Program-made: the position numbers and the translations under genes
Notes under the pieces: model-generated
Database searches by the model: none
Seen by the model: only the letters and a program-made list of their open reading frames with translations
Told to the model about the DNA's origin: nothing
Source: Anolis carolinensis
Lineage: Eukaryota
Assembly (NCBI RefSeq): GCF_035594765.1
Contig: NW_026943821.1
Coordinates: 15,593,608-15,657,607, forward strand
DNA length: 64,000 nucleotides
Direction of reading: 5' to 3'
Shown here: piece by piece, positions 24,342 to 36,919 of the stretch
Layout of the letters: each line of letters starts with the position of its first letter
Numbering within the stretch: the first letter of the stretch is position 1

Positions 24342-25249
24342 TTATCGGTGGAAATATTTGCTGGTTATGTGCACTTTTTGTTTCTTATCTAGATGCAGTA
24401 GAAGAACATAACACTTAGGTAGAAAGATGCAGCCAAGCAACCCAGCTCCAGAGGTCAAAATAGAGAATATCTCCACAGACACCATATATTTCCCCTTGGT
24501 GCTGAGGTAAGTTGGGATGAAGGCTATCCAGACAGTGCAGAAAACCAACATGCTGAAAGTGATGAACTTGGCTTCATTGAAGATGTCGGGCAGCTTCCTG
24601 GCAAGGAAAGCCACAATGAAGCTCACCAAAGCCAAGAGACCCATGTAGCCCAGAATAGAATAGAAAGCAATGGGTGAGCCTTCATTGCACTCCAGAATAA
24701 TGTGTCCGGGCTCTGAGTAGAAATCAGCATCTGGGAATGGAGGGGAGGTTCCCAACCAGACTATGCAAATCACACCCTGAATGAGAGAACAGACTATCAC
24801 AAAGAAGTATGAAAGTCTAGGTCTCAGCCATTTTCGTGTACCGCTGCCTGGCTTTGTGGCCTTGAAGGCCAGAACCACGGTGATGGTTTTGGCCAAGACG
24901 GCAGCAAGAGAGACAGAGAAAATGATCCCAAAGGCAGTCTGCCGGAAAATGCAGGTTATTTTCCTTGGTCGTCCAATGAAGAGCAAAGGACAGAGGAAAC
25001 AGAGCATGAGGGAAGAAAGAAGGATATAGCTGAGATGTCGATTGTTGGCTTTGACTATGGCAGATTCTCTGTGCTTAATGAACATTGCAAGTACCAGGGC
25101 AGAAAGGAGGGAGAAAAACAGAGCAACAGAAGCAGAAACAATTCCCAAAGGTTCTGTGTAGGATAGAAAAGTGATGCTTTTGAGTATACACTTATTTCTT
25201 GCTTTATTTGGATAAAAGTCCTTTTTGCACTTCATACAGAAATCCATAC
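24342..25249 (-). CDS. V2R-C exon 6 (7TM)
   Basis: 908 nt to TAA; class C 7TM. Confidence 0.95.
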
Positions 25250-28200
25250 CTAAAAGAAACAGAAATAACATTTGACTTTTTGCCTTTCCAAATATCCCTT
25301 GGCTCAGACATTCACAATCACATGTCACATCTATGCATGAAACATAGAATCATAGAATCATAGAATAGTAGAGTTGGAAGAGACCTCATGGGCCATCCAG
25401 TCCAACCCCCCGCTAAGAAGCAGGAAATCACATTCAAAGCACCCTTGACAGATGGCCATCCAGCCTCTGCTTAAAAGCCTCCAAAGAAAGAGCCTCCACC
25501 ACGGCCCGGGGGAGAGAGTTCCACTGTCGAAGAGCCCTCACAGTGAGGAAGTTCTTCCTGATGTTCAGGTGGAATCTCCTTTCCTGTAGTTTGAAGCCAT
25601 TGTTCCGTGTCCTAGTCTGCAGGGCAGCAGAAAACAAGCTTCCTTGTGTCGTGTCTTATTGTCATGTTAGCCGGTGTGGAAATAGTAACTCTCTGGCAAT
25701 GCCTACCTGACTGGTTGGATATGGCTCCTTTAGGGCATTCAGTACACTCAAAGCAACATTTGGGGTTGTCCTTCAAAGGCATCTTGTAGAATCCAGGTAG
25801 GCATTTATGGCTGCACACAGAATGAGGTGGCTATACAGATTCAATATTAGCAAGTTATCAGAAATAAAAACAATGCTTTCCAGCTTTAACATTAAAACTG
25901 CTCCCAGACCAACGCATTTTTCTGAGCTGTTTTGATAAGTGCTTTATGAAGGCACAATGGAGAGGACCTTTTCCTGGCACCTTGAATCTGGAATTCCTTT
26001 TTTAGTGATATGTTTTGGCTACCACTGCTGTATACTATTTAATAATATTAATTATAATAATAATAATACTATTAATTATAATACAATAGAGTCTCACTTA
26101 TCCAAGCTAAACGGGATAGCTTGGATAAGCGAATAACTTGGATAATAAGGAGGGATTAAGGAAAAGCCTATTAAACATAAAATTAGGTTATGATTTTACA
26201 AATTAAGCACCAAAACTTCATGTTATACAACACATTTGACAGAAAAAGTAGTTCAATACGCAGTAATGTTATGCAGTAATTACTGTATTTACGAATTTAG
26301 CACAAAAATATCACGATATATTGAAAACATTGACTACAAAAATGGCTTGGATTATCCAGAGGCTTGGATAAGCGAGGCTTGGATAAGTGAGACTCTACTG
26401 TAATGATAATACTATTTAATAATATTAATTATATGTTATATATTAAATGTAATATTACTAATAATATTACAATGTAATGATATAGTACAATATAGTACTG
26501 TATATACTCGAGTATAAGCCTAGTTTTTCAGCCCTTTTTTTAAGACTGAAAAAGCCCCTCTCGGCTTATACTCGGGTGAGGGTCCTTGTTGGCTTATACT
26601 TGGGTCAGCTTTTACTCGAGAATATATGGTTTATTTATTATTTTTCTCTATTATATTAGTATTATTACATGTATTATTTTTCTCTATTATTGTTGCTACT
26701 ATTACATTTATTTTACTCTATTTTTATTATTAATAATACATTTATTATTTCACTCTGATCTTACTATTATTGCATTTATTATTTTACTCTATTTATTATT
26801 ACATGTATTATTTTCCAGTATTTATTATTACTGTTTTCCCAGGTTTTTTGTGGTAAAATTAGGTGCTTCGGCTTATATTCGGGCCAGCTTATACTCGAGT
26901 ATATACGGTAATTTAATGCTAGTATTGTACTATGCTAATAATATAATGTATTGTATGTGAATGGAATTTGTAAGCCGCTCTGAGTCCCCTTTGGGGTGAG
27001 AAGGGCAGCATATAAATGTAGTAAATAAATAAATAAGTAAAATAAATAAATACTGTACTTTCCATTGTCAGAGGTTAAACCCTTGTGCCAGCAGGACTTC
27101 TGACAGAAAGGTCGGTGGTTCAAATCCGGGGAGTGTGGTGAGCTTCCATCTGTCAGCTCCAGCTTCCCATGCGAGGACATAGGAGAAGCCTCTCACAGGA
27201 TGGCAAGAGATCTTGCAGATGGCCAATTCTCTCACACCAGAAGTGAATTGCAGTTTCTCAAGTCACTCCTGACACGAAAAAATGTCAGCTCAAAATATTT
27301 TATTTCCAAGAGAACTTTAACTTATTAGTATCACCATTTTGTGTGTTCTCCTGGTAGAAGATTTCAAAATCAAATAATTTTTTATAGATTGATGTCTAAT
27401 ATTATTTTAATCACTTTATCATTGTTCCCCACTCTGAGACCCATTTTTTGGTGAATGGCAGTACATAGTGATTATAAAATAACCTCTTTCCCCAAAGTCA
27501 AATGGAGATTTACTTGGAAACATCTCACCTGGGTGAATTTGCCATTCCATAAAGTCATATTTGTATTAATGGCAATACTGTAGTTTTTTGTACAATGGAG
27601 AGTCACTTCCCCAACATTCACACTGACCAGGGAGCCATTAGGAAGCCGGATCCAATTTAAAATATCATACATTGCCACTTCTCCAGTCCCATTTAAAAGG
27701 GCATCCTCAACAACACTGTTGTTGAAAAGTGTTTTCTTAAGGACACTGTGGAGCTGAATAAAAGAGAGAATATGAGAGCATGCTGTAATGACTAAACCAC
27801 CATCAAATTTTGGTTGGAAGGAAGCTCTTAGGTTCTTGAATCCAACATCTTTCTGGATGAAGAGATCCTGCTAGAGTTTCCTTTCTGGTAGCCAGAGCCA
27901 GCCCTAGGTATTTTTCAAGTGTAGGCGAACAGAATTTTGGCGCCTCCCCCCCCCCCCCCCCAAACCAATCACTGAAAAATAAAAGCGTTGGATAAGCGAA
28001 AATAATAAGGAAAGATAAAGGAAAAGCCTATTAAACATCAAATTACATTATGATTTTACAAATTAAGAACCAAAACATCATGTTTTGCAACAAATCAATA
28101 GAAAAAAGCAGTTCAATACATGGTAATGTTATGTAGGAATTACTATATTTGCAAATTTAGCACTAAACATTGAACAGGGATATAGGGCAGTGTGGACTTA

Positions 28201-31200
28201 GATAACCCAGATAGCCCTCAGTATTAAAAAAACTCTAAAATCAGGACAATAAATAAAGAACAACACTCTGAAAACAGAAGAAATCCAGACAGTAAACAAT
28301 CAGGGACAGCTAACTCCTCCCAAAAAAAGATTCTCCCAGGCAAGAAGAAGCCAGGCCTTGAAGCCACAGGGCCATTAAATGCTAATTAAGGTAATTAATT
28401 ACAACATTCACACCTGCTTCAAAGAAAAGTTCTTTCTCCCACCCTGGACCTTCTACAGATATATAAACCCCACATACCTAGCTTCCAAGTTCCCACAGAC
28501 CTCACAATCTCTGAAGGCCCCAAAGGTGGGCTCCCGTGGTGCGAAGGTGGGTCTGCGCCGGCCGGAAAGCCCAGCACGGGCACCAAGAGGCCTAGCGTGG
28601 CCGCCGGAAGGCCCAAAAGAGAAGGAGGTGGAGAGTGGTGCCCTCCTCTCAGGACGATGGCGCCCCTGGGACGATGGCGCCACAGGCAAGAGCCTAGTTC
28701 GCCTTATGGTTGGACCTCCTCTGCTGGTAGCTGCCCAGAACCTTTTTGAAGACATCCAGAGGAAGAGAACCCAGCACCTCTCTTGTCAATTGGCTCCATT
28801 GTGGAACTGCTCTTATCAGCAATATGTTCCCTCTAAACTTCAATCAAAATATACTTTTGTGTAACTAAAAATCTTTATACCTTCTCCTAACCATTGGAGC
28901 AGCAGAGAATATGTACCCTCCTCTCTGTGACTTCTCTATAGATATTTAAATAATGCATGTTCCGTCCCCCAGAGGTTTGATTTGCATTTTCCCATGGTTG
29001 TAGGGAATAGCACTCTTTTTGCATTTTCCAGGGTTGCTGCAGACTCAGTAGCACTCTGACAGTTGGCCATTAGCAGAGAGTTGTAACCATTCTGCAAGGC
29101 CTTTGCTGCTGAAAGCTCACAAAGTTTCCTTTTGTTCTTGAGACTGCCCCTTTTCCTGGGGATGAAATCTCCATTTTGAGAAGCCTTTTCCTGCCTTTCC
29201 GCAGAAGAGAAAAGAACTCAGATGTGCTTGTGTGGTCAAGCCAGGCCAGCTCAGACAAGCCATCATAAGTACTGACTTCTTGCCTTTGAAACTGGTGCTG
29301 AGCAGATAGGGAAAGACCTGCTCTTTCCAAGATTGCAACTCAGCACTGGGGCAAAGAACATCCCAGGATTTCTTTGCCATTGGAAGAAGCTCTAATTACT
29401 TCATCTCCAAGCTAGCTTTGAGCTTAGATAGCGAAAGACCTGCTTTTTTTGTTTTTGTTTTTTTGATATAGTAGCTCAGAGCTAGGGTAGAGAGGATCTC
29501 AGGATCTCTTCGCCTTTGGAAGAAGTTAACTAAGTCAACTAAGGGGAAAAGCAAGAAAGGAACGTCTGCAAGGTTTTATAAGTTGACTGTTTATATTTAT
29601 AACCTTAACTACGTGTGCCAAGTCTGCCAAGGACTTTGAGAAAATAAAATCTTGTTTGATTGTTCAACTTGATGTGACTTTGGTTACTGGGATTCCTGAG
29701 TAAGGCCCCCGCAGTTCACCCAGGCAAAGAAAGAAGCACATCTTAAAGCTCTAAAAGGTGCCTGGGTGTGACGGCATAATGCAGTCATGCCACCCTTGAT
29801 GAAATAACCAAAACAGAGTTTTTGACTGAAGACTTAGAGCATTAGCAAAAGATTAGTGGAAATATATTGTGAAAAATCCAGCATATTAAACAAATTGTTT
29901 TAACTTTCCACATTAACATTTTTATAGAAGTCCCAAAAGGTGGAAAATAACTTCCCTCCCTCTAAAAATATCACAGAAAAACTCTTGTAGTCTCTCAGCC
30001 AATGTATAGCTATGATTCAGTTTCAGGAGTTTAATGAAATAAATGAAGATCAATGTGTTGTTGAAGGCTTTCGTGGCCAGAATCACAGGGTTGTTGAGTG
30101 TTTTCTGGGCTGTATGGCCATTTTCCAGAAGCATCAGGACAAAACAGCCCGGAAAACATACAGCAACCCAATGAAGATCAATGTTGCTAGAACCCCAAAA
30201 AGAATAATGATAAAACACTGGCATAAGATTTTGCTTATCTGCCTCTTTTTTTTGTTTGTTCTGTGCTACATTTTTTAGGGTGATGACTGCCTTGTTTCTT
30301 ATTGATGTTTCATGTCAAAGAATGGAACCCTTTTCCCCACAAAGGAAGAGTTAAAATGCTTCAAAATAAATAAAATTTCCCTATGCCTACAAACTGCTAG
30401 ATCCCTCAACTCACTGGCTTCAGGGAATGGGGTCCTCCTTTTTTGTTTCACAAAGATGGTGTTGAAGATAATGCACTCACCTGCCAGATAGGAATATGTC
30501 CACGTCTGAGGCTATTTCTCCTTTTTTTGCGCTCTGACTTGCCTTCAGATAGATTGTGCAATGCTTTAGCCACTCCAAACACAGCTTTGCTGATACTATA
30601 GCTCAGAGGGCTCATGTTAACCTCAAAGTGGGATACATCCAGCTTCTCTTCTCCAGTACACGACTTAGCTCTAAATATCCTAAATTGTGAATAGGGAGGG
30701 GGCAAATTGCAATTAAATTTTTGACTCCAGAAATTCTTAATGAAAATGTCATTGGGATATTTATTCGGAGTCACCGACTGCAGAAAAAGCTGGAATCCTG
30801 GAATCTCTTTCTTTTGAGAGCCAAAGGACAAAGCACCAAGGAATGGTTTTGTATCTATAGACATGTCATTTTCCCATTTAGACATTGTTAGCCACACTTT
30901 TCCTGCCAATCTGGTGTGAGAAGGTTTGTGTATAATGGTGAGGAATTTCCTGTCGCCATAGACAAAGACAACTTTGCTTGAGGACTTCCTCAACTCTTTT
31001 TCTCTCTGCATCAACTCCATTAGAAATTGAAACTGACCCCGGAACAAAATTACATATTCACGACAGATCCCACTCTTCTGCATTTCATCTTCCAGATGAT
31101 GGATAAAGTTCTCACTTCTGCCATATATAGCAACTATAAGTCCAATCCAAGTCCAACCAAAGTGGAGAAGCAGTTGGATGACACCTTCGAGCTGAAGATC

Positions 31201-34200
31201 ATCACTTGGATATAGCTGATACAAGGAGGGGAATTTGATTCGATCACCTAAGACAGGCTCAGAGGAGCCATAACTGATCTGTGAAAACATAAGAGTTCTC
31301 AGATGCTTTAACAAAATTACAAGAAGAATTCAGCAGGAGAGCCAGTTGTGGTTAGGTTTTAGCCCAGGAGTTGGAATACAATAGTCTCCATTGAGCTATG
31401 AATTTTGGATCAGTCACACTCTCTCTGTCTAATGTACTTCACAGAGTTGTTTTGAAAATAATAGTAAAGGAAGGAGACTCGTGGCTACCGTTACAGGATC
31501 ATAAAAGGAAATATGAGATATAAATTTAACAAATAAGTGCATTCAGAGGAATTGTGGGTCACAGGGTTTTCAGGGTTTGCTCCAAGAGTCAGATTTTACA
31601 AGTGACAATAGATTTGAAAGCTATACAAAACACCCCAAAGAGATCACTGTCTTGCCTCTGAATAATAATAATAAAGAAAATATGTTCCTAGTTTGCAAGT
31701 GTTATTTTTTGTTCAGTTGTGCAGTCCTGACTTTGACAGTACAGGAGAGTCTCACTTATCCAAGCTAAACGGGCCAGCAGAAGCTTGGATAAATGAATAA
31801 CTTGGATAATAAGGAGGGATTAAGGAAAAGCCTATTAAACATCAAATTAGGTTATGATTTTACAAATTAAAACGGAGCCAGAGCTACTAATAAGAATCGT
31901 GCTAAGCACAATAAAATTAAAACAGACACAGCACCAGAGGAAGTGATAACGAAACAAGGGGAACAACCCAGGAGACCTTGTTGTGTTCTAGTTCTTGGCG
32001 TTGCGAAGCAAACGAAGAATTCCTTTGAATATAGAAACTGTTATCTTGGACACTGAATATTTTTACTACTATTGACATTGGCCCAAGATTCTACGCAACT
32101 CCAGGAATAATATGGACTTGGTTGTCTCTTTATGTCTGTTATTTACTTCTGATATAGTGTACTTTGTGAGAGTACGACATGGATATTGTACCTTTGTTTA
32201 TGAAATCCTGAAAGCAATTCTGTTCTATGCAATATAGTTTGAAGAGAATTACTTTAATATAGAGTTGTATTACATTTGAATTGTATTACATTTCTTGGGA
32301 TTGTTACAAGAGTGTATATACATGCATTATTGTTCTGTATCAGTTTACAAATTAAGCACCAAAACATCATGTTATACAACAAATTTGACAGAAAAAGTAG
32401 TTCAATACGCAGTAATGTTATGTTGTAATTACTGTATTTACAAATTTAGCACCAAAATGTCACAATATATTGAAAACATTGACTACTAAAATGGCTTGGA
32501 TTATCCAGAGGCTTGGATAAGTGAGGCTTGGATAAGTGAGACTCTACTGTACTTGTTGTGCTCCAGAAACTTCATTTTTGTGCCCACAAACTATGTTAAA
32601 TTGGTGGAGACTCTACAAGATATTCAGTCACTGAGAAACTAGAGCAAAATGTGCTATATCAGCATGTCCCTCCTGCAAAGGCAACATTTTTGCAGTTTAA
32701 TAAACCTATTAGGAAATGATGTTTATAACCCAGGAACAAAAATCATAGTCCAGGAAAACGGGGAAGGGACAGTGAGTGGGAACAATGTGATGGCAAATCA
32801 ACGGAGAACTCCAGAATAAAATGGATAGTTTGCTAGTGTGTGATGGAGGTAGGGAAATCATCTATTTCACCTGAGCTGTATGGTAAACCTACTATTCCGA
32901 ACACTTGACATGTTCAGTGGGATGAAGTTTATAGACTAGGAATATTTAAAGCATGGAATATTTAAAGCAGTGGTTCTCAACCTATGGGTCCTCAGGTGTT
33001 TTGTCCTACAACTTGCAGAAATCCCAGCCAGTTTACCAGCTGTTAGGATTTCTGGGAGTTGAAGGCCAAAATATCTGGGGACCCACAGGTTGAGAACCAC
33101 TGACTTAAAGCAAGGTGTACTTTAACACTTTGCTCCTACCTGTGGTAACTATAAGAAGTGGAGTGAGCTTGTCCCTTTCAGACAGAATTTACTACTCCAT
33201 GGGTTACAATTTCCTCCTTTAAAGCAAGTAGCAAAATATCTTGGAGCAGAATTGCTTAGGGACATATGGCAGAGCAAAAGTGGCCAATGTGTACGCTTTC
33301 AGATGTTGGACTGCAACTTTCACTCTCTATCAACAATATCTGGAACCCTATGAGTTGTCCATCTTTGGCATAGAGAGACTCTTTTAAAAGTATCTCCATG
33401 AAAGTCCACATGGAAAGCTTTAAGCAGGGATTTACATTTACTGAATGCTTACCTGCGGTAACTTATAGATCCCCAGCATGTTGGCCATCTGCACAGATGA
33501 CTCTGATGTCAGCCCTCCAATGACAGCCACCATCTTCTTGTGGCCTTGGCAATTGTAGTTGGGAAATATTGTGATCTTTTCTGCATCCTCTGTGCTCACC
33601 ATGTTATACGATGGCTGCCCATAACCATAGTAGGACTCATATCCATAGAAAGGAGGAAGAACTGGAGTGAGTTTGTCCCTTTCAGACAGAAGGCTAATGA
33701 CGTTCTCATAGGTTTGGTCTCCCTTGTAATAGTTGTTGTAGAGGCGGAATCCCAGAGAAATGTTGGGTAAGAAATTAGGATCCTTGTTGATTTTCTCCAC
33801 AGTAAATACAAGTGCCAAGACTTGCTGGTAGTTCTCTGACATTAGTCTGTTGGGAGAACAACAAAACATGTTTTGCTGTGGTAAACTACACAGAACAACA
33901 CTCAGTGAAAATGCTTTAGTTAGAACTGGTCCCAGTCATTCTGCCACTTGGGGCAAAAGATGAAATAGTACTGAAATATTTTTTGTGTGTGTCAGGAACG
34001 ACTTGAAAAATTGCAAGTCGCTTCTGGTGTGAGAGAATTGGCCATCTGCAAGGACGTTGCCCAGATGTTTTACCATCCTGTGGTAGGCTTCTCTCATGTT
34101 CCCGCATTGGAAGCTGGAGCTGACAAACGGGAGCTCTCCAGCTCCCCAGATTCAAACCACCAGCCTTTTGGTTTGCGGTCCTGCTGGCACAAGGTTTAAC

Positions 34201-34950
34201 CCATTGCACCACCAGGGTCTCCTAACTTCTGAATGACTGATTCCAAACCAAGGGATTGATGATACAGAATGTTACTTAACTAGGGATACAGAGAACATGC
34301 AGAGAAATATAGCACAGCTACTTTTCACAAGAATCCAAATTTAGAGAGAACCTTCTAGTTCTTCATATAGTTCCCAAACAGTCCAGTAACATTGCCAGAG
34401 TGAAAAGTGGAGACTGGTCCTAAATGTTTAATGGCAGTATTGAATACTGAATTTTAAAAGGAGAAGCAGCCAGTAATAAGCAACATCTGCAGAAATTATT
34501 GCTTCTACAGGTTTCATTTTGGCTGCCCTACACCTCTCTTTCCATCTGGGTTGTTAATTGATTTCAATCACCCATAACCTGGACAAACAAAACAATACTA
34601 TGCATGTTTTCTAGTTTGAACAACCTGCTGTCTACAGACACCATTCCATCTCTCTCTATCCTTCCATTTCATGTACAGAAGAAACAAAATACTTACAATG
34701 TTTTAACTGTTTTAGGAGAAACCTTCTTAGGGTGACTTTTAAAATTTCTGCTTAGAATAGTTTGCTGAGACAGCGATAGCACTCCACCAAGAATAAGATC
34801 CCCATCTTTGTAGTAACCTTCTGCATAGGGTCTCTCCAGATGACAAAGAGACTTTGCCGCCTTCCCTGCCACACAAGGTAGAAGCAGGATGATGAAAACC
34901 AGGAAGAGCATGGCAGGAGCATCTCCCAATGATGAATGCTTAGCTGTCAT
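24342..34950 (-). CDS. Vomeronasal type-2 receptor copy C, complete (~900 aa)
   Basis: Exons 34950 (or 34911)-34697, 33846-33453, 31278-30481, 27753-27529, 25830-25707 and 25249-24342. All GT-AG, frame open throughout. Confidence 0.94.
25346..25642 (-). mobile_element. CR1 LINE 3' end
   Basis: (GATTCTAT)n tail; RT C-terminus [15 protein letters not shown]...FKQRLD. Confidence 0.9.
25707..25830 (-). CDS. V2R-C exon 5 (cysteine-rich domain)
   Basis: 124 nt; CSHKCLPG...[11 protein letters not shown]. Confidence 0.92.
27529..27753 (-). CDS. V2R-C exon 4
   Basis: 225 nt; LHSVLKK...WNGKFTQ. Confidence 0.9.
27893..28723. mobile_element. Composite non-autonomous hAT (Tip100-like ends)
   Basis: Perfect 8-bp TSD CTGGTAGC; CAGAG...CTCTG ends; interior made of MITE and Penelope fragments. 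Confidence 0.78.
28958..29778 (+). mobile_element. Solo LTR
   Basis: TGTTCCGTC...GACGGCATA ends; 5-bp TSD ATGCA; AATAAA at about 29643. Confidence 0.7.
30481..31278 (-). CDS. V2R-C exon 3
   Basis: 798 nt open; ISYGSS...PIWQ. Confidence 0.92.
32968..33102. mobile_element. 135-bp hAT MITE (SPIN-like TIR CAGTGGTTCTCAACCT)
   Basis: TIRs; 8-bp TSD ATTTAAAG/ACTTAAAG. Confidence 0.85.
33453..33846 (-). CDS. V2R-C exon 2
   Basis: 394 nt; CAG acceptor, GTAAG donor. Confidence 0.92.
34697..34950 (-). CDS. V2R-C exon 1
   Basis: [29 protein letters not shown]...GDLILGG; GTAAGT donor. Confidence 0.86.
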
Positions 34951-35488
34951 CTTCCATTCACGTGGAGTCTCATTTTCAATGTTTTGCTGCTGTGGAAGTC
35001 TGAAGAAAAGCAATGAACCAGAGTACTTGTACTTTGAGACCTATCTAATTCACCAAAATAGTTCTCCTGATTCCTTTAATGGAACTCAGATCTGAATTCC
35101 TTTAGGATGTCCTAACTATTTTCCAGCTTATTTTTTTGCATAACATTGCCCCAAGCACATGGACAAAGAATAATAACAATAATTGCACTGGTCCCCTGGC
35201 AGATGCTAATTTCAGTAGTTTCATACTGAACTTTTCCATCTCAGGGGTTTTGTTGTTTATTCCTTCAGTTGCTTCCGACTCTTTGTGACCTCATGGACAG
35301 TCCACTCCAGAGTTCCCTGTCCCCAGCTCCTTCAAAGTCAAGCCAGTCACTTCAAGGAGACCATCTTGCCCTTGGTTGGCCCCTCTTCCCTTTTCCTTCC
35401 TTTTCCCCCAGCATCATTCTCTTCTCCAAGCTATCCTATCTTTTCCTTATGTGGCCAAAGTACTTAGCTTTGCCTCTAATATCCTTCC

Positions 35489-36919
35489 TTTTTTTAAAAT
35501 AGTTTTTATTGAATTTAAAATTTTTCATACAATAATTGCTTTTATCACATAGCAGATATTTAATTTATCATACAATACTTGCATCAACTATATATATAAA
35601 AGGGTAATGAAATTTCGGCCTAGGACAAAACAACAAAACGTCACATCCCAGAAACACTAAACTTGGCAGCACAACCCTTCATCCATGCCTCTACGTTCAT
35701 ACAACAAAAAGAAAAGAAAAAGTCCTAATTAGAGGGAGAGGAATAATTGTTTTTATCCAATTGCTGCCAGTTAGAAAGCTAAGCTCCGCCCACTTGGTCT
35801 CCTAGCAACCCACTCAGCCCAGGGGACAGGCAGAGTTAGGCCTCACTTAGGCCTCTTCCACACTGCCTATAAAATACAGATTACCTGATTTTAACTGGAT
35901 TATATGGCAGTTCAACGCAGCTATATAACCCACTGAACTTAATGTCAAGGGAAAACCTTTACCCTTGACCTTAACTACCACCAATTCCTCAATACTTTAT
36001 TTCCCATACCACCATACTTCGCCACAGCAACGCGTGGCCGGGCACAGCTAGTTCTTTTATATCTACTGTTGATTTATATCTACTACATCATTAACATTTG
36101 TCTATCTATATTTCTTCACCACGGTGTATCCCCCCCTCCCACCCCGAGCCATTTCTTATGCATTGTCTAACCAAAATCTCATTTCTTCCTGAGGCGGTAG
36201 CCCTCCATCCCTTTTTTTGGAGTCCTTTCTCAATAAATTTTCCCCATACATCCTCAAAATCATTTTTTCCATATCCCTCTTTTAACTTTTAATTTGCATG
36301 TTAGCTTATCATTTATTGCCAATCTCCATACTTCCTTATACCATTCTTCAATCTGTATATCTATTACTTTTCTCCAGTTCCTTGCTATAAGCAGTCTGGC
36401 TATTGTCAATAAATTTGTTATTGCTTCTTTTTCTTTTTTATCCATCTTATTGTTATTATATATTGATAATAATGCAATACCAGGGTTTCTTTCCAATTTG
36501 ATGTTCATTATATCCTCTATCTCTTTAAATATTTTGTACCAAAATTTCCTTACATATTTACAATGCCACCACATATGTATATATGTTCCCACTTCCTGAC
36601 AGCCTCTCCAGCAATTTTTTGGATGGTTTTTATTAATATTTGACATTTTCAATGGCGTTAAATACCATTTCCAAATTATCTTATAATAATTTTCTTTAAC
36701 TCTTATTGATAATTTTTTCAAGTGCCTTTGTTTCCACAATTGCGACCATTCCATTTCATTTATTTTCATCTCTAACTCCTCCTCCCATAATTCCTTAAGA
36801 GTGGTATTTTTTCTCTCGCCTTCTTTTATTCCACCCAATATTCTATAGATTCTACCAGTTACACCTTTCATTTTTTTATAATCATCTATATCCCTTCCAT
36901 TTTGTATTATTTGTTCAAA
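35489..36919 (-). mobile_element. L1 3' end (ORF2 C-terminal CCHC domain, 3' UTR, A-tail)
   Basis: KIIWKWYLTP, CWRGCQEVGTYIHMWWHC, ARLLIARNW. Confidence 0.85.
35587..36051 (+). mobile_element. Non-autonomous Helitron
   Basis: 5' CTATATATATAAAAG; 3' hairpin GCCACAGCAACGCGTGGC...CAGCTAG|T. Confidence 0.85.

Noticed and set aside
28379-28864. GC-rich 161-aa ORF or CpG-island-like patch
   Set aside because: Lies in the subterminal region of a TSD-bounded hAT element; no domain similarity or splice support.
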